Counted from the first letter of the stretch, positions 39,545 through 49,073 are shown. The stretch is 64,000 bases of DNA from Candidatus Sumerlaeaceae bacterium (GCA_051003195.1 JBPCLP010000013.1:64001-128000), one strand, 5' to 3'. The notes: generated by a model not told the origin, from the letters alone. Translations and numbers: made by a program.

Positions 39545-40816
39545 CTATCTGGAAATCGAAGCGGAAGTTACGACGTTTGCTGCCGCGTCATAGCTCATGT
39601 TGGTACCCGTGATATTTTTAACGGTAAACGTCACGGTTCCTGATTTATTTGTAGAGCCGGTCGAGGTGATCGTTGCGTTGCCGGCAGCGTCCGTAGTCGC
39701 GGCAACTCCAGCATTGTTGATTAGGCCTGTAAAGTCGCCGGTCACCGTGGCGCCACTCACTGCTGCGCCAGCCGCGTCCACCACTTTGACCACTGATCTG
39801 GCTTTGAACTTCTGACCACTCGCCACCCAGCTCATGGTGATGCTGTTGACGTGCGTCACAATGCTCGGCGCTGGAGTTGGTGTAGGAGTCGGCGTTGGTG
39901 TGGGAGTCGGGGTCGGTGTTGGCGTCGGAGCCGGGCCACCCGCAATCTGGTACTGATTACCGTTGATGCTGTATTGGGATCCGCCGTCTGTCACCAACTC
40001 GACGTAAGGTCCGCCGGAAGCGTGATTGATCGTGTCATAACGCGCGGAACCACTCGCATTTAGCCGCGAGACAGCGTAACTGCCTGGGTGACCATACGAG
40101 TTGCCGACTCCATAACTGAAGGTATGCGTTTGCGGCTTCACAACGGTCAGCCAGCCGTCCTGTGAACTACTGTTACTGCCATGGTGGTTCACCTTGTAAT
40201 GGTCGACATCGCCAATGTTGCCGGCGAGATTGACTTCATAGCTGGAGCCAAGATCGCCGCACAGAGAGGACTTAAAATTTCCAAACTCGAGGCGGTACAG
40301 CACACCGTTATTGTTTTCATCGCTTTCGCCTGCGGTTGGATGACCGCAGTAAACCATCGTGCAATTGGTGCCCAGCGAGAACGTCTCAGCGAATTTACGC
40401 TTGTTCAGGCCAGCCGTGCCAAAGTATGCATCGTATTGAGAAAAAGCCGTAATGCTGCGTGCGCCGCCGCGGTCATACGCCTGAATCAGCCCGCCCGGGA
40501 ACTGCTGGGCGAACGTCTCCATTGACTCAAGGTGATCCTGGTGCAGGTGCGAGTTGACGGTGTAGTCGAGCGTGTTATCCGTAAGGCCCGCGGCGATTGC
40601 ATCGTTCATCGCCTCGACGATCGGAGTTGGGGTGTTGGACGGGCCGCCGTCTACCAGGCAGGATAAACCCTGCGGCCCGATGATGAGTGTGGAATCTCCT
40701 TGTCCGATATCGACAAAGTAGATGTGGAGTTTGCCATCGCCAAGGGCGAAGGCTGAGTGTGTGGAGCCAAGGCAGAACATGATTGCTGCAAACGCAGCCA
40801 TACGGGAAAAGAACAT
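39545..40816 (-). CDS. Secreted ComEC/Rec2-like metallo-beta-lactamase-fold hydrolase with (PT)n linker and Ig-like C-terminal domain
   Basis: VDIGQGDS, LVDGG, SHLHQDH, CGDL, KVNHHGS and YGHP; PTPTPT linker. Confidence 0.85.
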   Translation of the reverse strand: MFFSRMAAFAAIMFCLGSTHSAFALGDGKLHIYFVDIGQGDSTLIIGPQGLSCLVDGGPSNTPTPIVEAMNDAIAAGLTDNTLDYTVNSHLHQDHLESMETFAQQFPGGLIQAYDRGGARSITAFSQYDAYFGTAGLNKRKFAETFSLGTNCTMVYCGHPTAGESDENNNGVLYRLEFGNFKSSLCGDLGSSYEVNLAGNIGDVDHYKVNHHGSNSSSQDGWLTVVKPQTHTFSYGVGNSYGHPGSYAVSRLNASGSARYDTINHASGGPYVELVTDGGSQYSINGNQYQIAGGPAPTPTPTPTPTPTPTPTPTPAPSIVTHVNSITMSWVASGQKFKARSVVKVVDAAGAAVSGATVTGDFTGLINNAGVAATTDAAGNATITSTGSTNKSGTVTFTVKNITGTNMSYDAAANVVTSASISR

Positions 40817-40932
40817 CGCCTAAACTCACTTTTTATGAAATGCGCTGAGAGGCAAAGCTGGTATACAAAGGCAGAAACTAGGGGGATAAGGCATATTGTC
40901 AATTGCGCATTTCACTGCGCGACCTCTGTAGC

Positions 40933-42294
40933 ATGGTCACCATGAGTGTGAAATCCGGCCAGAAACTTTCAATCCTCCAGGCAATTAAAGGCATGGAGGA
41001 CCTGCTGCCGACCGAGGCCGCTAAATATGATTACGTCGAGTCGACAGCACGCAACCTGTTCCCGCTCTACGGTTATGGCGAAATTCGTACTCCGATTCTT
41101 GAATCGACCGAGCTGTTTGCGCGCAGCGTGGGGGACGCAAGCGATGTGGTGGTCAGCAAGCAAATGTATACCTTTGTCGATGCCGGCGAGCGGAGTAATA
41201 CGATGCGACCGGAAGGCACGGCAGGCGTCGTACGTGCGCTCATTGAGCATGGCACACTAAAGGAGCAGCCGCAACAGAAGCTGTTTTATATCGGACCCAT
41301 GTTTCGATATGAGAAACCACAGAAGGGCCGACTGCGTCAGTTCCACCAGATCGGCACGGAGTTTTTCGGTGTGGCGCACCCCGGGGCTGACGTTGAGATA
41401 ATTGCTTTGTGCGACACGTATCTTCGCAAACTCGGGTTCCGGAATATTGTGACGAAGGTAAACAACATCGGCTGCCGCGAATGCCGAAAGGCGTATAACG
41501 CAATGCTGCGCGAGACAATCCAGAGTAGCGCAAGCGTCCCGCCTGCGGCGTCTACATCCAATGCCGCGCTTGCACAGTCCCACGCAGCTACTGCCGCGCC
41601 TTCGTCCCGCTCAGCCCAAAACCAATGGTGCGAACAATGCCTCGAACGCGCACGTGTGAACCCAATGCGTGTCTTTGATTGCAAGGTCGCCCGATGCAAC
41701 CAGCTTGTCGCGGCGCTCCCGCGCATGAAAGATTACCTTTGTGAGGCATGCCGCACCCATTTTGCCGGTGTAGTACGGCTGCTCGATGCCGCAAAAATTC
41801 CGTACGAGCTCGATGAGAGCCTGGTACGCGGCTTCGACTATTACACGCGCACCGTATTCGAAGTAATGCAGGGCAACATCGGCGCGCAGAGCGCCATCCT
41901 CGGTGGTGGACGCTACGATTACCTGGTCGAAGAACTCGGCGGCCCCCCCACGCCCGGCGTGGGCTTCGGTATTGGCATCGAGCGGCTGCTGCTTGCCATG
42001 GAAGCAAACGGCCTCACTTTCCCGGCCCTTGCCGCTCCTGAAATCTACGCTTTGGCTCTCGACGAGGAATCGATTCCAGCCATATTCGCCTACGTACAGC
42101 GCGCACGCGAAGGAGGCAAGCGGGTCGCCTTCGACTGTCAGCCCCGCAGTGCCAAAGCCGGATTGAAGGCCGCCAACCGTGTTGGCGCGCAGGTGGCGGT
42201 CATCGTCGGCAGCGACGAGGTTATCCGCGGCGTTGCGCAGCGCAAGAATCTCTCGACAGGCGAACAGACCGAAGTTCCCCTCGCTGAACTCTGA
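40933..42294 (+). CDS. hisS: Histidine--tRNA ligase
   Basis: RPEGTA, FRYEKPQKGRLRQFHQ, RGFDYYT, GGGRYD and GIERL. Confidence 0.97.
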   Translation: MVTMSVKSGQKLSILQAIKGMEDLLPTEAAKYDYVESTARNLFPLYGYGEIRTPILESTELFARSVGDASDVVVSKQMYTFVDAGERSNTMRPEGTAGVVRALIEHGTLKEQPQQKLFYIGPMFRYEKPQKGRLRQFHQIGTEFFGVAHPGADVEIIALCDTYLRKLGFRNIVTKVNNIGCRECRKAYNAMLRETIQSSASVPPAASTSNAALAQSHAATAAPSSRSAQNQWCEQCLERARVNPMRVFDCKVARCNQLVAALPRMKDYLCEACRTHFAGVVRLLDAAKIPYELDESLVRGFDYYTRTVFEVMQGNIGAQSAILGGGRYDYLVEELGGPPTPGVGFGIGIERLLLAMEANGLTFPALAAPEIYALALDEESIPAIFAYVQRAREGGKRVAFDCQPRSAKAGLKAANRVGAQVAVIVGSDEVIRGVAQRKNLSTGEQTEVPLAEL

Positions 42295-42310
42295 AGTAGA
42301 AAACCGGTTC

Positions 42311-42330
42311 GGAGTACAGGCTTTAGCCTG
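42311..42330. repeat. REP-like short palindrome GGAGTA-CAGGCT-TT-AGCCTG
   Basis: Extragenic hairpin between hisS and aspS; a related core (CCGGCTTTAGCCTG) lies at 21800-21813. Confidence 0.45.
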
Positions 42331-42395
42331 GGCCGGCGCTGATTTCCGGCAACGCAGTAGCACAGCGGCAAAGGGCGATATCGAAAGGCAGAATA

Positions 42396-44273
42396 TTGGC
42401 AGCAACAACAGAGCAGGACAAGGCGAGCACCGCACTAACCGATGCGCAGCGCACATGCTATTGCGGCGAGTTGCGCAGCACCGATTCGGGCAGGGAAGTG
42501 GTGCTGAAAGGCTGGGTGCACCGCCGTCGCGATCACGGAGGCGTCATCTTCGTCGACCTGCGAGATCGCACGGGCCTGTGTCAGGTCGTCATCAGTCCCG
42601 AGTCGCTGCCCACTGACGTCTTCGCTACAGCGCACGCCTTACGCGACGAGTTCGTGCTGGCTATCCGCGGCAACGTCCGCCCGCGCCCCGAAGGAACGGT
42701 TAATCCAAACCTGCCCACAGGCCAGATCGAAGTGAACACCGCCGAATTCGAAATTCTGAACACTTGCCAGACGCTGCCGTTCCGGCTGGACGAGTACACG
42801 CACGTCAACGAAGACGCGCGGCTGAAGTACAGGTTTCTCGATCTGCGTCGGCCCGAGATGCAGCGCAATTTCATCATGCGTCACAAGATGTACCAGGTGG
42901 TGCGGCAATTTCTCAGCGACCAGGGGTTCCTGGAATTCACAACACCAATCCTGACCAAAAGCACACCCGAAGGCGCGCGAGATTTTCTCGTGCCGTCACG
43001 CATGAGCCCGGGTGCGTTTTTCGCCCTGCCGCAGTCGCCACAATTGTTCAAGCAATTGCTGATGGTCGCAGGCTACGACCGCTATTTCCAGATCGCGACC
43101 TGCTTTCGCGATGAGGACCTGCGCGCGAATCGTCAGCCGGAGTTCACGCAGATCGACATCGAGGCAAGCTTCATCACCCCGGACGAAATCTACGCGATTA
43201 TGGAAGGCCTCATCGCGATGGTTTGGCGCGAATGCATCGGCGTCGAAGTCCCCACGCCCTTCCAGCAAATCGGCTATGCTGAGGCCATGCTGAAGTATGG
43301 CAGCGACAAACCGGATCTGCGCTTCGAGCTCGAAATTGTCGACGTCACCGGGTTTCTTGGCGCAACTCAGATCAAGGTGTTCAACCAAATCGCCACCGAA
43401 CGCGGTCGTATACGCGCCTTGCGTGTGCCGGGCGGAGCTTCACTTTCCCGCAAGCAGATCGACGACTACACCGCGTTTGTGGGCATCTATGGCGCACGCG
43501 GCCTCGCGTGGTTCAAGGTGCAGGAAGACGGAACACTGCAAAGTCCGCTTACTAAGAACATGACCGAAGCCGAGATCGAAGGCCTGAAACGCAACACCGG
43601 CGCCGCGCCTGGCGATATCATCTTCGTTGTCGCCGCCCGTGAGAAGATCGTTTGCGACTCTCTTGGCCAGCTTCGCCTCAAAATCGCGCAGGACACAAAC
43701 CTTATCCCCGAGAACAGCTATTCGTTCGTCTGGGTCGTCGACTTCCCGCTGTTCGAATATGCTGAGCGTGAGAAGATTTTCACACCCAGCCATCATCCTT
43801 TCACTGCGCCGGCTGCAGACGATATTCCACTCCTCGACGAGTACATTGCCGATCCCGCCAAATCCAATGCCGGGCATCCCGACGACAACCCTCTTAAGTG
43901 TGTCCGTGCTCTTGCCTATGACCTTGCAATCAACGGCGAAGAAGCTGGCGGCGGCTCGATTCGTATCCACCGCAAGGACATCCAGGACCGCGTCTTCCGT
44001 ACGATCAACATCGCAGAGGAAGAAGCCCGCGCGAAATTTGGCTTCCTGCTCGATGCGCTCAGCTACGGTGCCCCACCGCACGGTGGCCTCGCGTTCGGCG
44101 TAGATCGCATGCTTATGCTTCTTCTCGGCGAAACCAGCATCCGCGAAGTAATCGCGTTCCCGAAAACGCAAAGTTGTGGCGATCTCATGGTCGATGCACC
44201 GAGCGCCGTAGATGAGACTCAATTGCAGGAATTGCACATCCGAACCGAGCTTCCGCCACCCGCCAAAGCATAG
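42396..44273 (+). CDS. aspS: Aspartate--tRNA ligase (probably non-discriminating Asp/Asn)
   Basis: RRDHGG, STPEGARDF, LPQSPQLFKQ, FRDEDLRANRQPEFTQ, GGGSIRIH and PPHGGLA. TTG start. Confidence 0.97.
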   Translation: MAATTEQDKASTALTDAQRTCYCGELRSTDSGREVVLKGWVHRRRDHGGVIFVDLRDRTGLCQVVISPESLPTDVFATAHALRDEFVLAIRGNVRPRPEGTVNPNLPTGQIEVNTAEFEILNTCQTLPFRLDEYTHVNEDARLKYRFLDLRRPEMQRNFIMRHKMYQVVRQFLSDQGFLEFTTPILTKSTPEGARDFLVPSRMSPGAFFALPQSPQLFKQLLMVAGYDRYFQIATCFRDEDLRANRQPEFTQIDIEASFITPDEIYAIMEGLIAMVWRECIGVEVPTPFQQIGYAEAMLKYGSDKPDLRFELEIVDVTGFLGATQIKVFNQIATERGRIRALRVPGGASLSRKQIDDYTAFVGIYGARGLAWFKVQEDGTLQSPLTKNMTEAEIEGLKRNTGAAPGDIIFVVAAREKIVCDSLGQLRLKIAQDTNLIPENSYSFVWVVDFPLFEYAEREKIFTPSHHPFTAPAADDIPLLDEYIADPAKSNAGHPDDNPLKCVRALAYDLAINGEEAGGGSIRIHRKDIQDRVFRTINIAEEEARAKFGFLLDALSYGAPPHGGLAFGVDRMLMLLLGETSIREVIAFPKTQSCGDLMVDAPSAVDETQLQELHIRTELPPPAKA

Positions 44274-44289
44274 GAAACCCTACACAAAT

Positions 44290-45129
44290 ATGGATCCATA
44301 CTTTTCTACCCGGAAGACCCCAACCGCAGTCGCAGGACCAACCCAGCCTTTGCTGTTCGTCCTGCTTTCTCTGCTTTTATTATGTGCCTGCGCCGAGAAA
44401 GAAGATGAACCCGCTTACTCCCGAATTCAGGGACTGACCACTCCGTCGACTGCCCCGGCAATTGGCCAGCCGACCGCAACGTCACCTGCATCAATTGGTC
44501 AGGTGAATACCGCACATCTCGCTCCCGGCAAACCCGCCGACCCGAGCACCACCGAAGCTCAACCCCTGGATTCCGCAACTCCGGCGATGCCAGGCGGCAT
44601 TCCGCAAGCCCCAGAGACCAAGGTCCTTATCGGTGGCAATAAGCTGCAGGTCGCCGGAATTGCTTTCACGGTTCCGGAGGGCTGGAAATCCGTGAAACCC
44701 GCATCGGGTTTCCGTGTCGCCCAATACGAGTTAGCCGGCAAAAGCGGATTTGCGGAGCTCGCCGTATTTTATTTTGGCCCGGGTCAGGGCGGGTCCGTCG
44801 AAGATAACGTAAAGCGCTGGGCCGGACAGTTCAAGAGCGACGACCCGACCACCACGACCGTTCCCGTTGATGTAGCGCAGGTTTCAAATGGCGACCTCTC
44901 CCTGGCTTTAGTGCGGACGTCGGGAACCTTTGATCCCGGCAGCATGGGTCCCGCCATGGGAGCGCCCGCTGCCCCTAAACCGAAATACGGACTGCTTGGT
45001 CTGGTTGTGGTCGGCGGACCCGAGGGACCTGTGTTTATCAAAGCGACTGGCCCGAAAGGAACGGTCGACGAGCAGGCTCAGAACTTTGAAACGTTTGCTC
45101 GCAGTTCGAAAAAGAGTAGTTATAAGTAG
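44290..45129 (+). CDS. Hypothetical lipoprotein
   Basis: Hydrophobic stretch ending in the lipobox LLCAC; Pro-rich linker; F.VPEGW, GG.VEDNVKRWAGQF and FIKATGP motifs. Confidence 0.75.
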   Translation: MDPYFSTRKTPTAVAGPTQPLLFVLLSLLLLCACAEKEDEPAYSRIQGLTTPSTAPAIGQPTATSPASIGQVNTAHLAPGKPADPSTTEAQPLDSATPAMPGGIPQAPETKVLIGGNKLQVAGIAFTVPEGWKSVKPASGFRVAQYELAGKSGFAELAVFYFGPGQGGSVEDNVKRWAGQFKSDDPTTTTVPVDVAQVSNGDLSLALVRTSGTFDPGSMGPAMGAPAAPKPKYGLLGLVVVGGPEGPVFIKATGPKGTVDEQAQNFETFARSSKKSSYK

Positions 45130-45260
45130 TCATACCCCAGGGTTGAGTCACGCTTTGCGCTTCTCCACACGGTGCCTGCTCCAACATTCTTAACCCGATT
45201 GACAACGCCAGTGCGACTCGAAAGATGCCACGGCTAGTCCACGAAACCCGAGGTTCATCT

Positions 45261-47039
45261 GTGAAAAAAGCTCTGCTGATGGCTGCACTCGCAACTGCAG
45301 CCGCAATATCTCCTGCCGCAGACGCGGAAATTATTGTCGAGTCCGCTGCGGATGGTTATAACGCGGACGCATTCAAGCAGACCGTGGGCCGATGGGCCGA
45401 GAGCACGGCCAAGAGCAAAGCGCCTGGACTGCGCGCCACTCACTCCTTCTTTAATGAGCCAAACACAACGGGTCCCGCCTCTGCCCGATTCGTCCCAAAC
45501 ATCCCGCTCGCAGGCCATTATGAGGTCTTCGCGACCTACCCCGAGTCCGGAAACGCCTCCGCGGTGCCCTACAAAATCGTTTCCGCTGATGGTGAGAAAA
45601 TCGTCACGATTGATCAGAATGGCCGCGATCCTTCCGTCAAGCCGCCTGCCCACCAGTGGTTCTCACTCGGGGTTCACAGTTTTAAACAAGGTTCCGAGGG
45701 TTACGTCGAAATCAGCGATCCGCTTACCGGCAAACGACCGCTCGAAAAAGAACCAAACGCGCGTATCTATGCCGACGCTATAAAACTCGTACCAACCGAC
45801 GTGAAATTGCCCGCTGATTATGTAAACAAGATCAACGGGGCTGCCCCGACAGCAGTTACGTCAGCGCTGCCACCGCAGGGTGCGGTGGCTGTGCCATCCC
45901 TCCCGGGCGGAGAAAGCGCTCCGGCCGGTGCTGGGTTACCACCATTACCCGGCCCGAAGGGAAGCTCGTCTGCCGCTGCTGCGCTTCCGCCCCTGCCTGG
46001 TGGCGCAACTTCATTGCCGTCACTACCGTCCTCCACAACCAGTATGCCGCCCCTTTCAGGAGCCAGCATAGCATCCGCTGCTCCGTCAGCAGCCGGCGCG
46101 GCCGGTTTGCCCTCACTGCCGGTGTCATCCCCACTGGATGCCGCAGCCGCCTTGCCCGCGCTGCCCGGTGGCGCTGCCGCCAGTTCATCCGCCGCACCTT
46201 CACTGCCCTCTTTGCCGGGCAATACCCCCCCTGTTAGCACGCTCCCCTCTTTACCCAAAAGTCCCCTTGGAGCGAATGCCGGAACCGCAGCCCTGCCTGC
46301 GCTCCCCCCAGGCGGAATGGGTTCCGCGCCAACCTTACCAGCCCTTGGCGCAGCTTCGGGCAATGTGCCCTCCGCGCCTCCAGCATCGTCAGGCGGACTT
46401 CCGATGTTACCTTCGGGCACCGTCGCTACTCCTGTCGCCGGATCGAACATGCCCGGCCTTCCCGGCATGGCACTTCCACCCCCGCCGCCCGACACCGCAG
46501 GCGCTGCATTGCCGCCGCCGTTGACGGGGCTGGGAACACTTCCCGCGATCCCCGCTGCAAGTGCCGCAGCGCTACCAGGTACCCCAGCTTTGCCGTCGGG
46601 CCTTGCAGTGCCGCCACTTCCCGGCGGAATGAGTTCTGCGGCACTATCGGCGCCGGCTCTGGGAACACCCGCATTGTCGATGGCAAATGGCGGAATTGAT
46701 AATTCGAATATCCAATGGGGCTTCGACTACGGCGCCGCGCTTAACCAGGCGCGAGCCGCTAATAAAAAGGTCCTCGTGTTTTTCGTCGCGCCCGGCAACC
46801 GCCAGGCCATCAAATATGAGACCGATTACTTCCAGAACCCCGCCGTAAGGCCGGTACTCGACCAGTACGTCCTGGTGAAGATTAATTTCCCGCAGAACAC
46901 CAGGCTGGGATATGCCCTCGACATTTACGGCGCCGGGCAAATTGCGATCGCCGAACCTTCCGGCACCAGGATTGGTTCGATCCAGGCCATTCCTGCCACG
47001 GCTGAAGATCTCATCAAACAGCTCCAGGCAATTAAGTAG
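45261..47039 (+). CDS. Exported protein: golvesin-like domain + long LPxLP-rich linker + thioredoxin-like domain lacking CxxC
   Basis: SD GAGG before GTG 45261; signal peptide; GHYEVFATYP...QWFSLG..SF..G...ADAIKL; C-terminal IQW..DY..AL..A....KKVLVFF. Confidence 0.8.
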   Translation: MKKALLMAALATAAAISPAADAEIIVESAADGYNADAFKQTVGRWAESTAKSKAPGLRATHSFFNEPNTTGPASARFVPNIPLAGHYEVFATYPESGNASAVPYKIVSADGEKIVTIDQNGRDPSVKPPAHQWFSLGVHSFKQGSEGYVEISDPLTGKRPLEKEPNARIYADAIKLVPTDVKLPADYVNKINGAAPTAVTSALPPQGAVAVPSLPGGESAPAGAGLPPLPGPKGSSSAAAALPPLPGGATSLPSLPSSTTSMPPLSGASIASAAPSAAGAAGLPSLPVSSPLDAAAALPALPGGAAASSSAAPSLPSLPGNTPPVSTLPSLPKSPLGANAGTAALPALPPGGMGSAPTLPALGAASGNVPSAPPASSGGLPMLPSGTVATPVAGSNMPGLPGMALPPPPPDTAGAALPPPLTGLGTLPAIPAASAAALPGTPALPSGLAVPPLPGGMSSAALSAPALGTPALSMANGGIDNSNIQWGFDYGAALNQARAANKKVLVFFVAPGNRQAIKYETDYFQNPAVRPVLDQYVLVKINFPQNTRLGYALDIYGAGQIAIAEPSGTRIGSIQAIPATAEDLIKQLQAIK

Positions 47040-47048
47040 CAGCCAACC

Positions 47049-47390
47049 TTACGCCGAGCCGAATTCCGCCGCGCGTGGGTGCGGCGCCATAAACACCAGT
47101 AACGTCGCGCGCGTCCGTCCTGGGTTCCGCACGCCATGTTCCTCACCCGCACGAGCCCACAATGCGTCGCCGGCAGTCGCAGGCACGTCCTCACTGCCGT
47201 CGCGAAAAACCACCTCGCCGCTCAAGACGTAATAAACCTTATCCTCTGCCTCGTGTGCATGGACTTTTTGCTCCTGGCCGGCCTCCAGGCAGTAAAGATC
47301 GCAGAAGAACCGCGCGTTCTCAAAGAGGTTTACCTTGTTCAGCTTTTCCGGGCGAAAATAAGTCTGCTCCGAAACGCGCTTGAGCGGCAC
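47049..47390 (-). CDS. Cupin-2 domain protein
   Basis: HAH..EDKVYYVLSGE and AGEEHGVRN cupin motifs. Confidence 0.88.
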   Translation of the reverse strand: MPLKRVSEQTYFRPEKLNKVNLFENARFFCDLYCLEAGQEQKVHAHEAEDKVYYVLSGEVVFRDGSEDVPATAGDALWARAGEEHGVRNPGRTRATLLVFMAPHPRAAEFGSA

Positions 47391-47396
47391 TGAGGG

Positions 47397-47654
47397 TTAG
47401 GCGGCGATGCTGTCGGTGAGGATGATCGCGCTGTTACGCGCAACCTCGGCAAAGCCGCCGCTGATGTGAAGAACACGCTCCGCCGTTCCGTTGATAATCG
47501 TCAATTTGCCTTTGCCCAGCGAGGCAATGAGAGGTGCATGGTCCGCCATCACGCCGAAATAGCCATCTTCGCCCGGGATGACCACCGACGTGACCTGTTC
47601 ATCCAGAACCAGCTTTTCCTGCGTGAAGACCTGAAGTCGAAATGGCTTGGCCAT
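47397..47654 (-). CDS. atpC: F0F1 ATP synthase epsilon subunit (N-terminal beta-sandwich only)
   Basis: VVIPGEDGYFGVMADHAPLIASLG.G and ISGGFAEV; 85 aa. Confidence 0.88.
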   Translation of the reverse strand: MAKPFRLQVFTQEKLVLDEQVTSVVIPGEDGYFGVMADHAPLIASLGKGKLTIINGTAERVLHISGGFAEVARNSAIILTDSIAA

Positions 47655-47739
47655 AATTACTCCCAATTATGCTGAACTTACCTGCTCTACAGCGGCGGCA
47701 GTGCTTTTATCCACGAAAACGGCGGCTTGCTGCGCAAGT

Positions 47740-47767
47740 AAAAAGGCCGCCGGAGGGCGGCCCTTTT
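47740..47767. terminator. Rho-independent terminator (possibly bidirectional)
   Basis: AAAAA-GGCCGCC-GGAG-GGCGGCC-CTTTT, 22 nt past the amidase stop. Confidence 0.75.
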
Positions 47768-47789
47768 CAATCCAGTATGAACAGGTTTC

Positions 47790-49073
47790 TCAGTTGGCGA
47801 CCTTCTTGAATTTCGGCACGGTCTTGCTTACCGTTTTCGCGTCGGCGACACTCGTCGTCTTCCTGGCAGGCGCCTTCACAGAAACGACCGGCTTGGAAAT
47901 CTGTGCCGTCGTGGTCTTCTTCTTTGATACCGCGCTGACCTTGGAAACAACCTTCTTCGCGTCTTTCGAAGCCGTCTTTGCGGTCGTCTTCGCCGCGCTT
48001 GCCAGCTTCGAAGCGGTCCCCTTGATTCGGGACTTGGCCTTCGCGATCGCTGAACCGTTCGTCTTCTTCGCCTGAAGGCTGCTATTGCCTACCTCACGCC
48101 GCGAAACCTCGCTGCCTTGCGCATCGTAAGTAACTTCCTCGTAGCGCACGCCAAAGAGCGAGTGCCGCTCGACGATCTGGCGCCGAATGAAGCTGGCATC
48201 AGCCATCATCTGGGCGCTGCCCGCCTGGTCGTCAATCGGTGCGAAGATCGTGTTGAAATCAACCTGCCGACCACGGCTGAGGCGCACATAGTTAAGTATG
48301 CCGGTAGCGATTGCCTTGGCTTCCATCTTATTATAGGAAAGTTGTGCGAGCCGCTGATCTTCGGTTGGACTGCTCAGGAAGGACGCCTCGACGATGACGC
48401 CGGGCATTTTGATCCTGTTAAGTACGCGATAGTCACCAATTTTGCCGCCGATGTTCTGCGTGCCGATGTACTTGGAAACCGCGTTCGAGATGTTCTCGGC
48501 CAGGCTGACCGCCGCGTTTACGCCCTTGGGATAAAAGCACGCGGTGTAGTTAGTGCCGGGTTTGCCCGCAGCTTCGTTATGGTGCACGCTGATGAAGAGG
48601 TCGCAGTTGTTCATGTTCGCCATATCGCTACGGAAGTCCAGCTCGGCGCGCTTGCAGGTGTCGCCCTGGCAGCGCTCCTCCCGTTCGCGCGTCATGAACA
48701 CCTGGGCGCCGGCCGCTTTCAGGTACTCACGAAGGATGAGCGAGACGCGAAGATTTACATCGCTCTCCGTCTGGCCCGTGGCCACACCGATCGTTCCGCC
48801 CGTGTAGTGAGTTTTGGTGAGGTACTGTCCCCCGTGTCCGGGATCCACACAGATCTTCACGCCATCGAGCGGGCGATTCGAACTCGCAAACGCCGAGATT
48901 GGCGAGCGGCTCGTGAACGGCGTGGCTTCGGTTACCTGCTGTAGTTTCAGGTTAGCGAGGTGCGGCGCAGGATTAAGCTCTGGCATCGACGCGCGGTCGG
49001 CTTCGTAACCTTGGGGTATAAAGGCGAGTGAAGCACATATGCTTCCAGCCATCAGGTATCTCCAAGACTGCAT
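47790..49073 (-). CDS. N-acetylmuramoyl-L-alanine amidase (Amidase_3) with Lys-rich C-terminal tail
   Basis: VDPGHGG, TESDVN, ISVHHN and IVEASF Zn/catalytic motifs; SD AAGGAG before ATG 49073. Confidence 0.9.
   Translation of the reverse strand: MQSWRYLMAGSICASLAFIPQGYEADRASMPELNPAPHLANLKLQQVTEATPFTSRSPISAFASSNRPLDGVKICVDPGHGGQYLTKTHYTGGTIGVATGQTESDVNLRVSLILREYLKAAGAQVFMTREREERCQGDTCKRAELDFRSDMANMNNCDLFISVHHNEAAGKPGTNYTACFYPKGVNAAVSLAENISNAVSKYIGTQNIGGKIGDYRVLNRIKMPGVIVEASFLSSPTEDQRLAQLSYNKMEAKAIATGILNYVRLSRGRQVDFNTIFAPIDDQAGSAQMMADASFIRRQIVERHSLFGVRYEEVTYDAQGSEVSRREVGNSSLQAKKTNGSAIAKAKSRIKGTASKLASAAKTTAKTASKDAKKVVSKVSAVSKKKTTTAQISKPVVSVKAPARKTTSVADAKTVSKTVPKFKKVAN

Noticed and set aside
39545..40816. 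Competence gene comEC
   Set aside because: Only the MBL domain is present; the multi-TM competence channel domain is missing, so no gene symbol was assigned.
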